Origin: a virus
IMG/VR virus record: IMGVR_UViG_3300035698_015907
Direction: 5' to 3' (one strand)
DNA length: 64,000 nt
The notes below the pieces were generated by a model that searched no databases, was not told the DNA's origin, and worked only from the letters and a program-made list of their open reading frames with translations. Each line of letters starts with the position of its first letter. Position 1 is the first letter of the stretch. A program made the translations under genes and the position numbers. This document shows positions 1 to 10,953 of this stretch, piece after piece.

Positions 1-413
1 CTTTTATCAAGATAAGATATAACTGGGTGTTCATCAGGAAAACTAGTTATTTTAGTTAAATTAGACAATACACCAGGAATTTCTTCCACAACATTTGGTG
101 TATCTATATTTTTATCTGGCTTGTAAGTACCGCTACGAAGCTCTTTTAATAGCTCAAGTCTATATTCTCCATATAGACCAACATCTAGTTCTTTTAAAAG
201 TTTAGAAAATGTAGTGCCATAACCACAGTTGTGACACTTGTAAATTAATCTACCATCTAATGAATAGATGTATCCTCTAGCTCGAAATTTATTTTTTTCG
301 GAGTCGCCGCATATTGGACATCTAAAATTCCAAGCGCTACCTCTTTTAGAAAATCTTTCTAATCTAGGAGATAATAAGCTTAAATATTTCTCTTCAAGCC
401 AGATATAGCTCAA
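1..413 (-). CDS. DNA primase, T4 gp61-like (N-terminal part; runs off window)
   Basis: TTG start; translation MSYIWLEEKYLSLLSPRLERF...NFRCPICGDSEKNKFRARGY...YKCHNCG is the T4-type primase zinc-binding domain. Confidence 0.9.
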   Translation of the reverse strand, partial: MSYIWLEEKYLSLLSPRLERFSKRGSAWNFRCPICGDSEKNKFRARGYIYSLDGRLIYKCHNCGYGTTFSKLLKELDVGLYGEYRLELLKELRSGTYKPDKNIDTPNVVEEIPGVLSNLTKITSFPDEHPVISYLDK

Positions 414-482
414 CAAATTGAATAAAGTCCAAAATAATACGGGTGACCTATTATACTAAATAGACCACCCGTTGTCAAGGAA

Positions 483-725
483 TTAAGACTGTGTGTTGAG
501 TATTACTTTAATCCAGTTAATTACATTATCATATAAAGCGATAATAGCTATTATGCCACCCGCAAAAACGAATAATACATTGCGCGCATACTTAGAAATC
601 CAATTCAAACTTTTTTGTTTTACAAGCATATCTCGAAGAATGAGATATTCTGATCTAGGTAAAGTTACAACTACAACTTCGTCTCCCGTAGATACTGATT
701 CTGTAACATCATTTTTCGGGGCCAC
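483..725 (-). CDS. small membrane protein
   Basis: 80 aa, one hydrophobic segment. Confidence 0.55.
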   Translation of the reverse strand: MAPKNDVTESVSTGDEVVVVTLPRSEYLILRDMLVKQKSLNWISKYARNVLFVFAGGIIAIIALYDNVINWIKVILNTQS

Positions 726-1036
726 TGTAATTTACCCCTTCTTAGAAAACTTGTCAAAAACACCTTTGATCCAGCTCCATGCTACTGCTGCAATATCCTT
801 AATAAGCTCATAAGCTACAGGAAATTTCCAGAAAATAAGCCACCCAGTAACTAAGCCTAGGAAATAGAAGATAAACTCAGACATTATTATTTCTCCCTTT
901 CTTCTTATTCCTAGTAAGACGTTGTAAAAGTTTCATCATGGCAGTTTTTCCTGGTGGCTCGCCTCTCGGTCCAACACCTATACCATCTACTGCGCCGCCC
1001 CCGGCATTATTAGTAGGAGAATCTTCGATAATATTC

Positions 1037-1435
1037 TTAGATGTCCTGTAAAACTTTTTCAATATGTTTGTCCGGAATAATTTCGTCACAATATATAGTT
1101 AAATTATTAATGCCAATTCCATATACTCTATCAGGTAAAGTTCCTAATAAATCAAGAAATGGCGATAAGTATTCTTCAAAACCTTCAAGTTTAAGAAATA
1201 GCATTTTAGTCGTTTTTTCAGGACTAAAAACATTATTAAGAGATATAATATGATTAAGTATCAATCGTTCTCTTAATTCACCGGTTTCTCTATATTTGTT
1301 GAGTAACCTTTTGATGTATTTGAATCTTTTAATATCTTCTTCAAATTCATCGATGTCATAGCACTGTGGATTATCATAATGTTTGGCCGCATACAGAAGC
1401 CAATTAGAATCGTCCAATTGATCATAATCAAACAT
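1037..1435 (-). CDS. conserved hypothetical protein of T4-like phages (primase-adjacent)
   Basis: YAAKHYDNPQC...FEEDIKRFKYIKRLL...ERLILNH motif typical of T4-like phages. Confidence 0.75.
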   Translation of the reverse strand: MFDYDQLDDSNWLLYAAKHYDNPQCYDIDEFEEDIKRFKYIKRLLNKYRETGELRERLILNHIISLNNVFSPEKTTKMLFLKLEGFEEYLSPFLDLLGTLPDRVYGIGINNLTIYCDEIIPDKHIEKVLQDI

Positions 1436-1441
1436 ATGGAC

Positions 1442-1768
1442 TTACCAGGATATTGCAACTCTTTTAATAGTACTAGCTCCAGTAATAATATAGATATAAT
1501 CGCCATCTGACCATATAGATCCAACAGGATAACCAGATGGGACATCTGTAGAATTAGCTGGTGTAGTAGTATCTGTAGCAATCAAGTAAGGAGCTTGAAC
1601 ACTTCCTCCGAATTCAACGTTTGCTACAACATTTGATTCCAGAAAAACTTTAGCGGTGGATTTTTTTCCAGTAGGAGTTCCTGACGGATCGTCTATTATG
1701 TAAATTAGGTCCTCTGCAGCGACCGTTGTGATCGCTGAGAGGTCTGTTACTTTCTTTGATGTGGCCAA
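1442..1768 (-). CDS. putative virion structural protein
   Basis: KKVTDL N-terminus and KRVAISW C-terminus; downstream of late promoter. Confidence 0.5.
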   Translation of the reverse strand: MATSKKVTDLSAITTVAAEDLIYIIDDPSGTPTGKKSTAKVFLESNVVANVEFGGSVQAPYLIATDTTTPANSTDVPSGYPVGSIWSDGDYIYIITGASTIKRVAISW

Positions 1769-1784
1769 TGTAGTTTATCCTCTA

Positions 1785-2402
1785 TTAGCTGAATGTTAAT
1801 GCAGCAGCTTCAGAATAAACTGTGGTTGTGTTGGTATTGCTTAGCCTTGCTCTCCACAACGAACCATCAGTCAAACCATTGGTGTTAGATATAGACAGCG
1901 TAGCTGTATCTACATTAGAATAAACACCTGCTTCGGCAACGTTAACAAAAGTTCCATTAGCGTCAACATCAACCTGCCACAAGTAATCAATTGATCCACC
2001 TGTTGGATTGGTGATAGCAACAACAGTGAATGTTGCTGGATCATCTTCTGTAACTTCACTAGCAGAAGGATCTGTACTAACAAGAATTACATAGTTATCA
2101 ATACCGTCAGCAGCATCACCAGTAAATGAAGATGATGTTACTAGAGTTTCATAGATAACTCGACCGGCTCTACCACCAGAGCCAGTAGTTTTAAGATTCC
2201 ACCCAGCATGAGCAACATCAACAAAAATTGTTTCAACATCTGAGACACCGAACATTCCATGAGTTGCACCAGTGATGTAAGCGCTACTAGTTGTGTTATT
2301 AAATAATGCGTTTGAAGTCGTTGAATTAGCGACTTTATTCAAGAGGGCTGGTGCCCAGCTAACCGAGTTGGCCTCTTGATCGTTTCTACCCCATTGGGCC
2401 AT
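1785..2402 (-). CDS. virion structural protein with C-terminal Ig-like domain
   Basis: MAQWG...HAGWNLKTTGSGGRAGRV..ETLV; Ig-like YLWQ..TATLSI..LWRARLS; preceded by TATAAATA. Confidence 0.7.
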   Translation of the reverse strand: MAQWGRNDQEANSVSWAPALLNKVANSTTSNALFNNTTSSAYITGATHGMFGVSDVETIFVDVAHAGWNLKTTGSGGRAGRVIYETLVTSSSFTGDAADGIDNYVILVSTDPSASEVTEDDPATFTVVAITNPTGGSIDYLWQVDVDANGTFVNVAEAGVYSNVDTATLSISNTNGLTDGSLWRARLSNTNTTTVYSEAAALTFS

Positions 2403-2433
2403 TGATTGACTCTCCTGATATTATCTGGTGTTA

Positions 2434-2441
2434 TATTTATA
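2434..2441 (-). promoter_or_regulatory. T4-type late promoter TATAAATA
   Basis: exact TATAAATA on minus strand upstream of structural genes. Confidence 0.7.
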
Positions 2442-2590
2442 CGTCACGTATTAAGGTAGGATCGGCAGAAATAGCTAGAACAGCTGTTTCTGTGATGCTT
2501 CTATTGTGACTACCAGAGAGTCTAGACCTAACAAGATTCCATGTAAAAGATTCAGATGTATTAGTTGGAGCTGCACCCGGATGAGGTTTC

Positions 2591-3223
2591 TTAACCTCTG
2601 GGTATAGAATAATTTCTCCGTACTGATTTTTCTTTTGCTTTTTTGACTTCTTTTGCATTATTAGACCTATTAGAAGACTCTCTCTTAGGTCTATTTATAC
2701 TGTTAATATCTCGATATAAATTAAAAATATCTATTGGAGACACATCTTTATAAGCAGAGCGGAATGATTTGTAATCTCCATCATTAACAAATGATCTTAT
2801 TTTGGTACCAGACAACCAATTTTCATCATTTCGTACACATGGTAATACAGTCGTAGTTGAAAAATTGAAATTTTTTGTATTACAATTCTCAAGCATTCTA
2901 AAATATTCTTTAGATCTATCTGATCCACATACCAATACAACATTTTTGTAGCTAATGTTAATGTATGTTAACCAATCTACTATATGCATTTTATCTGGAG
3001 TAGATAATTCATAATTAGCATAACCTAATATCTTAGGAAGATAAGAAAACTTTGTTTCGGGCTTTAATGGGTTGTGAGAATTTCCACTAGTACAAGAAAC
3101 ACCTATTATATGATCAAAATTACACGACTCTGCTATATCTATAACAGTATCTCTGATAATTTTATGACCGAGTGTGGGAGGATTAAAACGGCCGAACGAA
3201 AATACTACGGTGTCTGATGCCAT
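2591..3223 (-). CDS. cytidyltransferase-like nucleotidyltransferase
   Basis: FGRFNPPTLGH, VCGSDR and SGTKIR motifs. Confidence 0.8.
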   Translation of the reverse strand: MASDTVVFSFGRFNPPTLGHKIIRDTVIDIAESCNFDHIIGVSCTSGNSHNPLKPETKFSYLPKILGYANYELSTPDKMHIVDWLTYINISYKNVVLVCGSDRSKEYFRMLENCNTKNFNFSTTTVLPCVRNDENWLSGTKIRSFVNDGDYKSFRSAYKDVSPIDIFNLYRDINSINRPKRESSNRSNNAKEVKKAKEKSVRRNYSIPRG

Positions 3224-4275
3224 TTTTTATGATTCTTTCCTGTGAATCTTTGATTAACGATCTTTAATGCTCTCATCGATCCAGAAACTACATCAAAAAA
3301 CTTAAGAACAAACCCTTCAATATCTCTTTCATTTATTACTACGTCAGAACAATTTTTCAGCTGCTTAACCAACTCTATAACATTGTTATAGTGCTGCTCA
3401 TTTTCTGTTATATCTCTTAGAATGTTATCATATTTTTTATTAATATTCTCGATGGCTTTTTCTCTAACCATCTTTGATACTTTTTTCTGTTCTTTCTGAA
3501 TTAGAAAATTTTTGAATGCATCTATGTCCATAGAATTAAAATAGTATGTTCTGAAAGACGAATTCAAGAATTCATTTAGTTCTTTTTTGTAACCAATTTT
3601 TTCTATTGATTTCGCAGATTTCACATTCTTAAGTAGAGATTTTACTGATAAATTACATTCCATTAATCTGAGTGATGTGATATAACTATCACTGATGTAT
3701 GGCGTGTTTTTAACATAATGGATGGATTTACTATTTCTATGTGGGTCGCTTTCGCATGGTACAAATTTGCCATCGACACATTTAGATGTTATAGTGATAG
3801 CTAATTTCTTGTTTGGATCGTAGGTAGAACCCAAATCATATGTTATAACATTCGGTGTTATGTAACATGATAAACCGCTGTCATCATATTCCATCCATCC
3901 AATTTGATATAACACATTTTCACCACCTAATATTTCTTCAGCATAATCTAATGCTATACTAAGAATTTTTAGCTGGTTTTTCTTGTCTGAATAAGCTTTT
4001 TCAATATCAGATTTATTAGTGAACATAGGAGATTTAACTCCTTTATATCCTACAGCAGGCAAGCTATTATGGATACCAACTTTTATAGACATAGCATCGT
4101 CTATTTTTTCTGAAATTTCACATCTAAAAGAATTAGACCCCATAGCTTTAAGTGACATTTCATCAAAGCACACTGATGCTAATTCTAATGATTCAATACA
4201 CTTTTCAGCATTTTCATCAAGTTGCCACACGTGATCAATATGTTCTATGACCGGAGGCTTTATATCAATACTCAT
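3205..4275 (-). CDS. hypothetical protein (usual partner of the T4-like cytidyltransferase gene)
   Basis: 356-aa ORF; HIDH, EKID, PNVITY, EGFV motifs. Confidence 0.55.
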   Translation of the reverse strand: MSIDIKPPVIEHIDHVWQLDENAEKCIESLELASVCFDEMSLKAMGSNSFRCEISEKIDDAMSIKVGIHNSLPAVGYKGVKSPMFTNKSDIEKAYSDKKNQLKILSIALDYAEEILGGENVLYQIGWMEYDDSGLSCYITPNVITYDLGSTYDPNKKLAITITSKCVDGKFVPCESDPHRNSKSIHYVKNTPYISDSYITSLRLMECNLSVKSLLKNVKSAKSIEKIGYKKELNEFLNSSFRTYYFNSMDIDAFKNFLIQKEQKKVSKMVREKAIENINKKYDNILRDITENEQHYNNVIELVKQLKNCSDVVINERDIEGFVLKFFDVVSGSMRALKIVNQRFTGKNHKKWHQTP

Positions 4276-5858
4276 TATATAATCCTAATCTTGAGAACAT
4301 TTCTATTTCCATCATAATCAACATGTCGTAACACCGTTTTAATTTTTAATTCGGCGTTCAAATCTTTAAGTATTTCAAGATTTTCAACTCTATCATCCCA
4401 CATCTGTACTTCATCATATGATCCATTTACAACTAAATCTTTTATAACACGTTTCTTATTTTCTTCGGTAGTTTCATTATTCAATTTTATATTGCCAGAT
4501 CTATGAATATGTATTTTGTTTGCATCGATATTATATTCATTCAATTTCTTTAAGAATATATCATGATCAGTGAAATCTGTTCTAGCTGTTACTATAATAA
4601 CATCTTTTCCGTCATTTGATAATTTTAGCATTCTATCAATCATTTTTTGTATAGGTAATGCATTACCAAAGAAGTGTTCAGAGTCTTTAAATGTTTCATA
4701 AGAAAATGAATGATCATTCATAAGTTCATGATCATGATATTCTTTTGTAGATAATTTATGTACAACAGCACCAGATTTATCTATTACATGAACTGATGGT
4801 TCAGTACCTTCTTTATACCAGAATAATGTATCATCCATATCAAAAATATAGAGCACACGCTTTTTTCTTTTTCGTTCATTAAGCATTTGTACTTTAAAAT
4901 CACCACGCCAATTAGTAACAGGTCCAGAATTTGTTCGTATTGATAAAGTAGCAACTATTTCTTCTACTTGAAATTTCTTATTGAATGCTAGAAAATTGAT
5001 ATTAATAGAATTACTGTTATTGTGAACTCTAAAATTTTCATATTTCTCAGAAGCTTCTTTAGTCTTCCGTTCAATGTTATACACATCAAACAAAGCACCA
5101 GCTGGATGCACTCTTACATGCGTTCTATAATGTGGAAAAACAGTATCATGACACGAAGCTTCAATTATGATATTTTTGATAAAATCAGAGCTGCTATTTT
5201 CTAATGAGTTTCTAATAGCTTGAGCTATATTGCGTCGATATGCTAAACTAGATTGTTCAGCTTTTTTCGCAATATCAGTGCCTTTCAGACTTTTATATCT
5301 GTCATGATTTTCTTTTGCTGTGCCATTAAAACCGAGCTGTTTTATGTATTTGTCATGTTGTTTTCTAAAAGAATTTAGATAATCAATTTTTAATTTTTCT
5401 TCTAAAGTCGAACAACCAGAATTTCTTAATGTAGCATGTTTTGATGTACCGTACTTAGCTGAAATACCAATAAAGTTACCGGTAGAAATAGTCTGTATCA
5501 TTAAATCAGCATCAGAATTTATATCTTTGATACCAGTAAGTTTTTCATGCTCACCTATAGATCCTAAGCTGTCATCAAGTGATGTCCATGTAACGCTCTG
5601 AACATCAGTAGTGTTACATAGATGGCCATCAACATGCAGCGCAGATTTAATATGTTCTGATAAAGAATATGAATGCTCAGATATTAAATCACAAGCTTCA
5701 ATTCCTAGTGTATTAACACATACATTATAAATTTCAGATGGAGAAGATTCTTCAGATCTAAAATGATTAGGCCACGTATTTCCAGATAAAGCCCATGCTA
5801 ACATTATTTCATGAGCTTTACCGCGAGCATCATGTTTGCTCCCGTTAATTCTTGTCAC
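4275..5858 (-). CDS. fusion: restriction-endonuclease-like N-terminal domain plus HAD phosphatase
   Basis: E...ADL...GISAK (PD-(D/E)xK-like); C-terminal YIFDMDDTLF, IVTAR, WDDR HAD motifs. Confidence 0.65.
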   Translation of the reverse strand: MTRINGSKHDARGKAHEIMLAWALSGNTWPNHFRSEESSPSEIYNVCVNTLGIEACDLISEHSYSLSEHIKSALHVDGHLCNTTDVQSVTWTSLDDSLGSIGEHEKLTGIKDINSDADLMIQTISTGNFIGISAKYGTSKHATLRNSGCSTLEEKLKIDYLNSFRKQHDKYIKQLGFNGTAKENHDRYKSLKGTDIAKKAEQSSLAYRRNIAQAIRNSLENSSSDFIKNIIIEASCHDTVFPHYRTHVRVHPAGALFDVYNIERKTKEASEKYENFRVHNNSNSININFLAFNKKFQVEEIVATLSIRTNSGPVTNWRGDFKVQMLNERKRKKRVLYIFDMDDTLFWYKEGTEPSVHVIDKSGAVVHKLSTKEYHDHELMNDHSFSYETFKDSEHFFGNALPIQKMIDRMLKLSNDGKDVIIVTARTDFTDHDIFLKKLNEYNIDANKIHIHRSGNIKLNNETTEENKKRVIKDLVVNGSYDEVQMWDDRVENLEILKDLNAELKIKTVLRHVDYDGNRNVLKIRII

Positions 5859-6077
5859 TCACTCCTTCCTTCTTCTCATCATCAAAAGCAGATCCTGTGC
5901 ACATATCATTCATAATTGCAAAAACAAAATCTTGATTCTTTTCAACCCATTCATCAGGAAAAAACATAGTATCAATTTCTCCATGACAATGCGCATCAAG
6001 CTGCGTAGTATGTTCGTCATCTAGTTTTTTTGATGTAATCTTTTGAACATACTTTTTACATTTCTTGCATATTATTT

Positions 6078-6470
6078 TCATGTATATTTCTTTTTAAGAT
6101 CCTTTACGTATGCATCAGTAACGTTTTCTGCTACAGTTATAGCAGTGTCAGCGTCGCTGCCAGCTTCGATGATTCCACTATATGTTATATTCCAGATTTT
6201 GGCTACATGATCTATTAGTATAGAATCAAGCCAATATCTTGCTAACATTTCATAATCAGCATAACAATCAGCTGCTCTATCGAATAGAGTGTCTATATCT
6301 GATCTGATATGAGGAAGATTATGAAAATCTTTTACTAGCATGCGCTCCTTCTTAGAAGGCTTTTCTTTAAACAAAAAATCTACATTACATGCTGTAAAAA
6401 ATTCCATCCTTTTTAGGACTTGATTCCAGTATTCTTCTATTTTGTCTTGATCAGTCATAGTAGGAGGCAT
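6078..6470 (-). CDS. hypothetical protein
   Basis: 130-aa ORF in operon. Confidence 0.6.
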   Translation of the reverse strand: MPPTMTDQDKIEEYWNQVLKRMEFFTACNVDFLFKEKPSKKERMLVKDFHNLPHIRSDIDTLFDRAADCYADYEMLARYWLDSILIDHVAKIWNITYSGIIEAGSDADTAITVAENVTDAYVKDLKKKYT

Positions 6471-6527
6471 AATTCATTCTCACACTAAAAAAATATTGTA
6501 CAATGAATTATGTTCTTTGTCAATATA

Positions 6528-7172
6528 TTAAAATTCTTCGTATTTTCTTTTTATATATTCAGCTTCATCCATGTGTTCAACATAACCATCTGAATCTGTG
6601 ATTATATAATCATCAAACTTTATGATTCTTTTAGAATTAGTCTTTGTAGAATAATAGTGTATTTCATAAAGTTTTTCATTAATCATTGTATGATTTAAGT
6701 TAATATTAGTCGCAACTATAGATGATCTGCAAGATGAAGTAACAGAATTAAGCCATAGAGAAATTTCTAATGCTGAAGATTGTTTACCATCAAACTTTAT
6801 AGCATATAATTTCGCTGGATTAATTTTTATTATTTCTTTCATTCCTTTTACTGGAGGAACTACAATATAATTTTCATCAAACAAATATTCTGGAAAACTA
6901 TGTTTATTATTAGTATCACAATCAATAAAAACTATATCAGTTTCACAAGTATCTAAATTTGTTATCTTAGAAATAAAACACACGTTATTAGGAACATATT
7001 CATAATCGCGGCCATCACCAGCATCACCATCATTCACATAGTGTGTAGGCTGTAGTTTTTCTTCTTCATATAAAGCAAATCTTTTATTGATATTAGCAGT
7101 ATAAGAATTCTTTGCCAAATCAACTAGAATGTTCTTAAGTTTGCTTGATATTAATTCATCTTCAAATTTCAT
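6528..7172 (-). CDS. hypothetical protein
   Basis: 214-aa ORF in operon. Confidence 0.6.
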   Translation of the reverse strand: MKFEDELISSKLKNILVDLAKNSYTANINKRFALYEEEKLQPTHYVNDGDAGDGRDYEYVPNNVCFISKITNLDTCETDIVFIDCDTNNKHSFPEYLFDENYIVVPPVKGMKEIIKINPAKLYAIKFDGKQSSALEISLWLNSVTSSCRSSIVATNINLNHTMINEKLYEIHYYSTKTNSKRIIKFDDYIITDSDGYVEHMDEAEYIKRKYEEF

Positions 7173-7414
7173 TTTCTTGTACCATCCTCAAATGCACTTT
7201 TTGTTGCGTTTTTCATTATTATTAAATCATAAAGAGATATATTCCATTTTTTAGAATATTCTTCTATTGCGCCAATCAAATCTGATAATTCTATCAAACT
7301 CATAACATGATTGTTTTGTTCTATCGCATCAATGAATTCAAGATATTCTTCAGTTATCTTAGAAGCTTCCCCAAATTCACCTTTCGGTATTTCAGTTAGA
7401 TGATATGCCATCAA
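7169..7414 (-). CDS. MazG-like all-alpha NTP pyrophosphatase
   Basis: KITEEYLE...IELSDL (EExxE...ExxD). Confidence 0.55.
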   Translation of the reverse strand: MMAYHLTEIPKGEFGEASKITEEYLEFIDAIEQNNHVMSLIELSDLIGAIEEYSKKWNISLYDLIIMKNATKSAFEDGTRK

Positions 7415-8008
7415 TCATTCCTCATATGTTTCTAAACAATTTATCAACTGGGACAATCTAGGCTCTGCTACACCTGTGCCATAAATCCAAGTTCCTAACA
7501 AAGTAGAATTTCTTATACCATATGATCCCAATTCATATCCAAAATATGTAATATCACATCCTTCATCAGTTTTGTCAAATCTTATACCTTTATCATGAGG
7601 TACAATCTTTTTGAAAAATTCTGATGCATCATCCATCATCTCATCTAATAATCTAGACAGATAATCTTCCTCAGCATTAGAATCTATTATTATAAGTTCA
7701 TTTTTGATGAAATATTTAGTGTGCAATTCATCAAATTGATTATCTCTGATGCAAGGTGTTACCGTTTGATACTTACCATCTGGTAGATAACCTTTTGCAA
7801 GCATATACAAAAACGATTGTTCACCACTTCCAACGAAAGTTTTCTTTTTACCTCTGTGTTCAACATGATAATTTGAAGCAAAATCGGGTTTAGTTATATT
7901 GTTAATATCTTCTGTAACAAGCCATGGCGCTTCAATTCTAGTATAACCACAACTTTCATAATGCGTTATTGATATATCAATAATGCCATAATCTATAGTT
8001 CTATTCAT
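7415..8008 (-). CDS. class II aminoacyl-tRNA synthetase-like catalytic fragment
   Basis: GYTRIEAPW (motif 1), TPCIRD (motif 2), ELGSYG...GTGVAEPRL (motif 3); no anticodon-binding domain. Confidence 0.65.
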   Translation of the reverse strand: MNRTIDYGIIDISITHYESCGYTRIEAPWLVTEDINNITKPDFASNYHVEHRGKKKTFVGSGEQSFLYMLAKGYLPDGKYQTVTPCIRDNQFDELHTKYFIKNELIIIDSNAEEDYLSRLLDEMMDDASEFFKKIVPHDKGIRFDKTDEGCDITYFGYELGSYGIRNSTLLGTWIYGTGVAEPRLSQLINCLETYEE

Positions 8009-9017
8009 GAAATAATTTCACCATTTTATCTATTATCATGTAATGATCAAATGCTAAAGCATTTTTCATATTAGTTCGAACATAATCTAAATCTATCCAA
8101 CCAACCCAAGCAGCATCATCTTTTGCTTTAATTTCTATGTCATAATTATCATCTAGTATGTGACCATAAGCTATGGATATAATAATAGCTCGTGGGTCAC
8201 GGTCCTGGTCGCCTGAGACCACCACATGCTGACCTAAGCTTAAGCCGTGAGTGACCTCATGCAGCTTTATGTGGGTCTCCTCATAAAGCTCTCTTATAGC
8301 TCCCTCTAGTGGCGTCTCGCCAAGCTCAAAAAATCCACCAGGCAGAGCAAACCCTCCAATATAAGGATTCTTCTTTCTTTTTATGAGCAATATTTTGTTG
8401 TTTTGAATTATGACATTATCACATGTTATGTGTGGTCTAATCCCGTGAGAAGTTATATAATAACTGCTGGAGTTATACATATCAACAACGTTTTTAATTT
8501 CGGGATTTTTAAAATTATCTAAAACAATGTCATGGTGTCTGTTAGACACCCATGCTAGATCAAGAATGCTACTATTTTTACGATCTACATTCAAATTTTT
8601 ATAATAACATTCTCTTATAACAGTAGAATTAACTGAATTAATTTTTTCAGCTAATACTACATTCCAATATGGTTGAAATGAATTAATATAAGAATATTCA
8701 TCTAAATTTTTAACATGAACATAAAGAGAATTATCTCCAGGTCCAATTAATTTCATAATATTTCTAGACCACAGTTCAGTATTACCTACATCATACATAT
8801 GATGTACTAGAACTCTATTTTTATATTGCTCCGGTATAGCGCTATCAATGATTTGTAAGCGTTCTCTGAATGTGAACGGGTCTCTAGCAGTTCTCATCTG
8901 ATTCGGAGAACACACTATTAAATGAAGATAATCACAATCTGCTAAAGCTTTTTCAACAACTGACATGTGCCCAGAATGAAAAGGCTGAAATCTACCTATT
9001 ACTACAGAGTTTTTCAT
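8001..9017 (-). CDS. nadM: bifunctional NMN adenylyltransferase / Nudix ADP-ribose pyrophosphatase
   Basis: GRFQPFHSGH plus Nudix box GGFFELGETPLEGAIRELYEET and DDA. Confidence 0.85.
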   Translation of the reverse strand: MKNSVVIGRFQPFHSGHMSVVEKALADCDYLHLIVCSPNQMRTARDPFTFRERLQIIDSAIPEQYKNRVLVHHMYDVGNTELWSRNIMKLIGPGDNSLYVHVKNLDEYSYINSFQPYWNVVLAEKINSVNSTVIRECYYKNLNVDRKNSSILDLAWVSNRHHDIVLDNFKNPEIKNVVDMYNSSSYYITSHGIRPHITCDNVIIQNNKILLIKRKKNPYIGGFALPGGFFELGETPLEGAIRELYEETHIKLHEVTHGLSLGQHVVVSGDQDRDPRAIIISIAYGHILDDNYDIEIKAKDDAAWVGWIDLDYVRTNMKNALAFDHYMIIDKMVKLFHE

Positions 9018-10243
9018 TATAGAACTCTCAGAAGAATTGTATTTTCATTAATTCTACCATTAGGCTTATATCCACTCCCATTGAGAGTGTCCATATATTT
9101 CTTAAGTGCTACTTTACCAGATAACATAATGCCATCTAATCTTTCTTTAGTTTGACGTCCAATCTTTTTTGATATGGATTTTTCTTCATCATAGTTAAGA
9201 ATTGTAGTTCCCTTAACACTAAAACCTTGATCATTTCTTGCTCTATAGAGAGTTAGTAATGTGTACTTTGAATTGTAAATCCAAAGTTCATTAGCACCAA
9301 GAATTTTGATTGGGCTTATGGATTCCATTTTAGTATCAGGATCTTCTTTCTGATACTTTAGACGAGAAATAAGTTTTTCTGCAGATACTGGTTTTTTTCT
9401 TCTAGCTTTTCTGACTTTGGGTTCATCAATATCATTAGAAGACTTTTTAGTTTGCTTAGATTTCTTAGTATCGGAAAGAAACGCTCTGCAATCAAAAAGA
9501 ATTTTTTCAGCTAAAGTTCTGCTCTTTTTAAGTTGACCAAAACTTTTTCTCTCAATCTCATCTAACTCAGATGTATCAGAGTTTAATAGTCTATCACAAT
9601 CTTTAATAAATTCTTCTATCTCAACCATCATGTCTTTTACATGTTCGGGCTGAACTTCATCATCTTTCAGAATTTTGATAATATCAATAGCATTATTCAT
9701 CCTCTTTTTTGGAAGAGGATCAAAAGCATTGAATGCTTCATTCAATATTTCAAGATAACGATCAAATTTTAATTCTTGCGGGGATCTTTTAAGTGAAGGT
9801 AGTCGAAATGGCTTTTTTGTTTTGAAAGATTCTTCGACATCACGAAATTCTTGATCTACACTTTTTATCTTTGTGAGTTGACTTTCAAAAAGATTAATGT
9901 AATAATCTTCATCTTCGAAAGTCTCTTCTATAAGAAGCATTCTAGCAATCCAGCATGCTGAACTGCCAAAGCCAAAAATACGAGACTCATGTATTCTTTT
10001 AATATTATCAACATCTTCAAATCTATTAATAGATGTTAGATAATCAGTTAAAAAGTTTTTTGCTTTCTTGTAATCCACTACATTAAGTGTATACCAATTG
10101 AAAGCTGTTGAAACTTCTGTATGGGACATTGGATGATCATATGTGATCTCAGTCCCATAAGCTTTTTTATTCAAAGCAGCGAGGGCAGATTTTCCCATCC
10201 GTCCTGCTGATACTTTGGCAGGTTTCTTATCTATCCTAGCCAA
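9017..10243 (-). CDS. conserved T4-like hypothetical protein
   Basis: 408 aa; C-terminal ILGANELWIYN..VKGTTI..NGRINENTILL. Confidence 0.65.
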   Translation of the reverse strand: MARIDKKPAKVSAGRMGKSALAALNKKAYGTEITYDHPMSHTEVSTAFNWYTLNVVDYKKAKNFLTDYLTSINRFEDVDNIKRIHESRIFGFGSSACWIARMLLIEETFEDEDYYINLFESQLTKIKSVDQEFRDVEESFKTKKPFRLPSLKRSPQELKFDRYLEILNEAFNAFDPLPKKRMNNAIDIIKILKDDEVQPEHVKDMMVEIEEFIKDCDRLLNSDTSELDEIERKSFGQLKKSRTLAEKILFDCRAFLSDTKKSKQTKKSSNDIDEPKVRKARRKKPVSAEKLISRLKYQKEDPDTKMESISPIKILGANELWIYNSKYTLLTLYRARNDQGFSVKGTTILNYDEEKSISKKIGRQTKERLDGIMLSGKVALKKYMDTLNGSGYKPNGRINENTILLRVL

Positions 10244-10276
10244 TTTTTATATCCCATATTATTAGAGTATATACTA

Positions 10277-10873
10277 TCACACTTTAATTTCAATGTCAAC
10301 AGCGTCGATCTCTTTATTAGATCCTCTTTGAATGATTTTACCAGTCCAATTCGGTAGAAATTGAACCCAATCAGGATCATCAACAACAATCGGAAACTTA
10401 GACCTGATTTGCATCATTTCATAGAAAGATGGTGTCCAAGGAGTTTGCCGTGGCTTCCATTTCGGTGACAATGAATCACCTTTTGCATTATTACAATCTT
10501 TACAAGAAGCAACAACGTTATCCCACGTGTGTTTACCGCCTGCTGCTCTTGGCATTAGATGATCATAAGTCATGTTAGATATACTTAATGGATCACCACA
10601 ATATTGACAAAGACAATGATCTCTGTAAAATAGTGATTCCTTTTTAAGTCTAACATCTTTTCTGAAAGAATGACTATTGAAGTTAGCAATAACAGACGGC
10701 CATTTCAATCCAAGGTCTTTCACTGTTTTAATACCATCTTCATACCAAAGTACAACAGTGCAGTTATCAGTAAGATAACGAGTTATCGCATCTTCAGCTG
10801 GTATTGTATATAGAGGAAACATTGATAATGGCATAAAACTAGAATTTAATACTAGAGTACGTCTGTTTTTCAT
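10277..10873 (-). CDS. HNH endonuclease
   Basis: TLVLN..RDHCLCQYCG..TYDHLMPR..GG..WDNVVASCKDCNNAKG. Confidence 0.9.
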   Translation of the reverse strand: MKNRRTLVLNSSFMPLSMFPLYTIPAEDAITRYLTDNCTVVLWYEDGIKTVKDLGLKWPSVIANFNSHSFRKDVRLKKESLFYRDHCLCQYCGDPLSISNMTYDHLMPRAAGGKHTWDNVVASCKDCNNAKGDSLSPKWKPRQTPWTPSFYEMMQIRSKFPIVVDDPDWVQFLPNWTGKIIQRGSNKEIDAVDIEIKV

Positions 10874-10953
10874 TTCATAATCTCATACAAAAATGAGGCT
10901 AAGCCCCTCGACTTAACCTCATATTTCACCATATACTATGTTTTGTCAAGGCT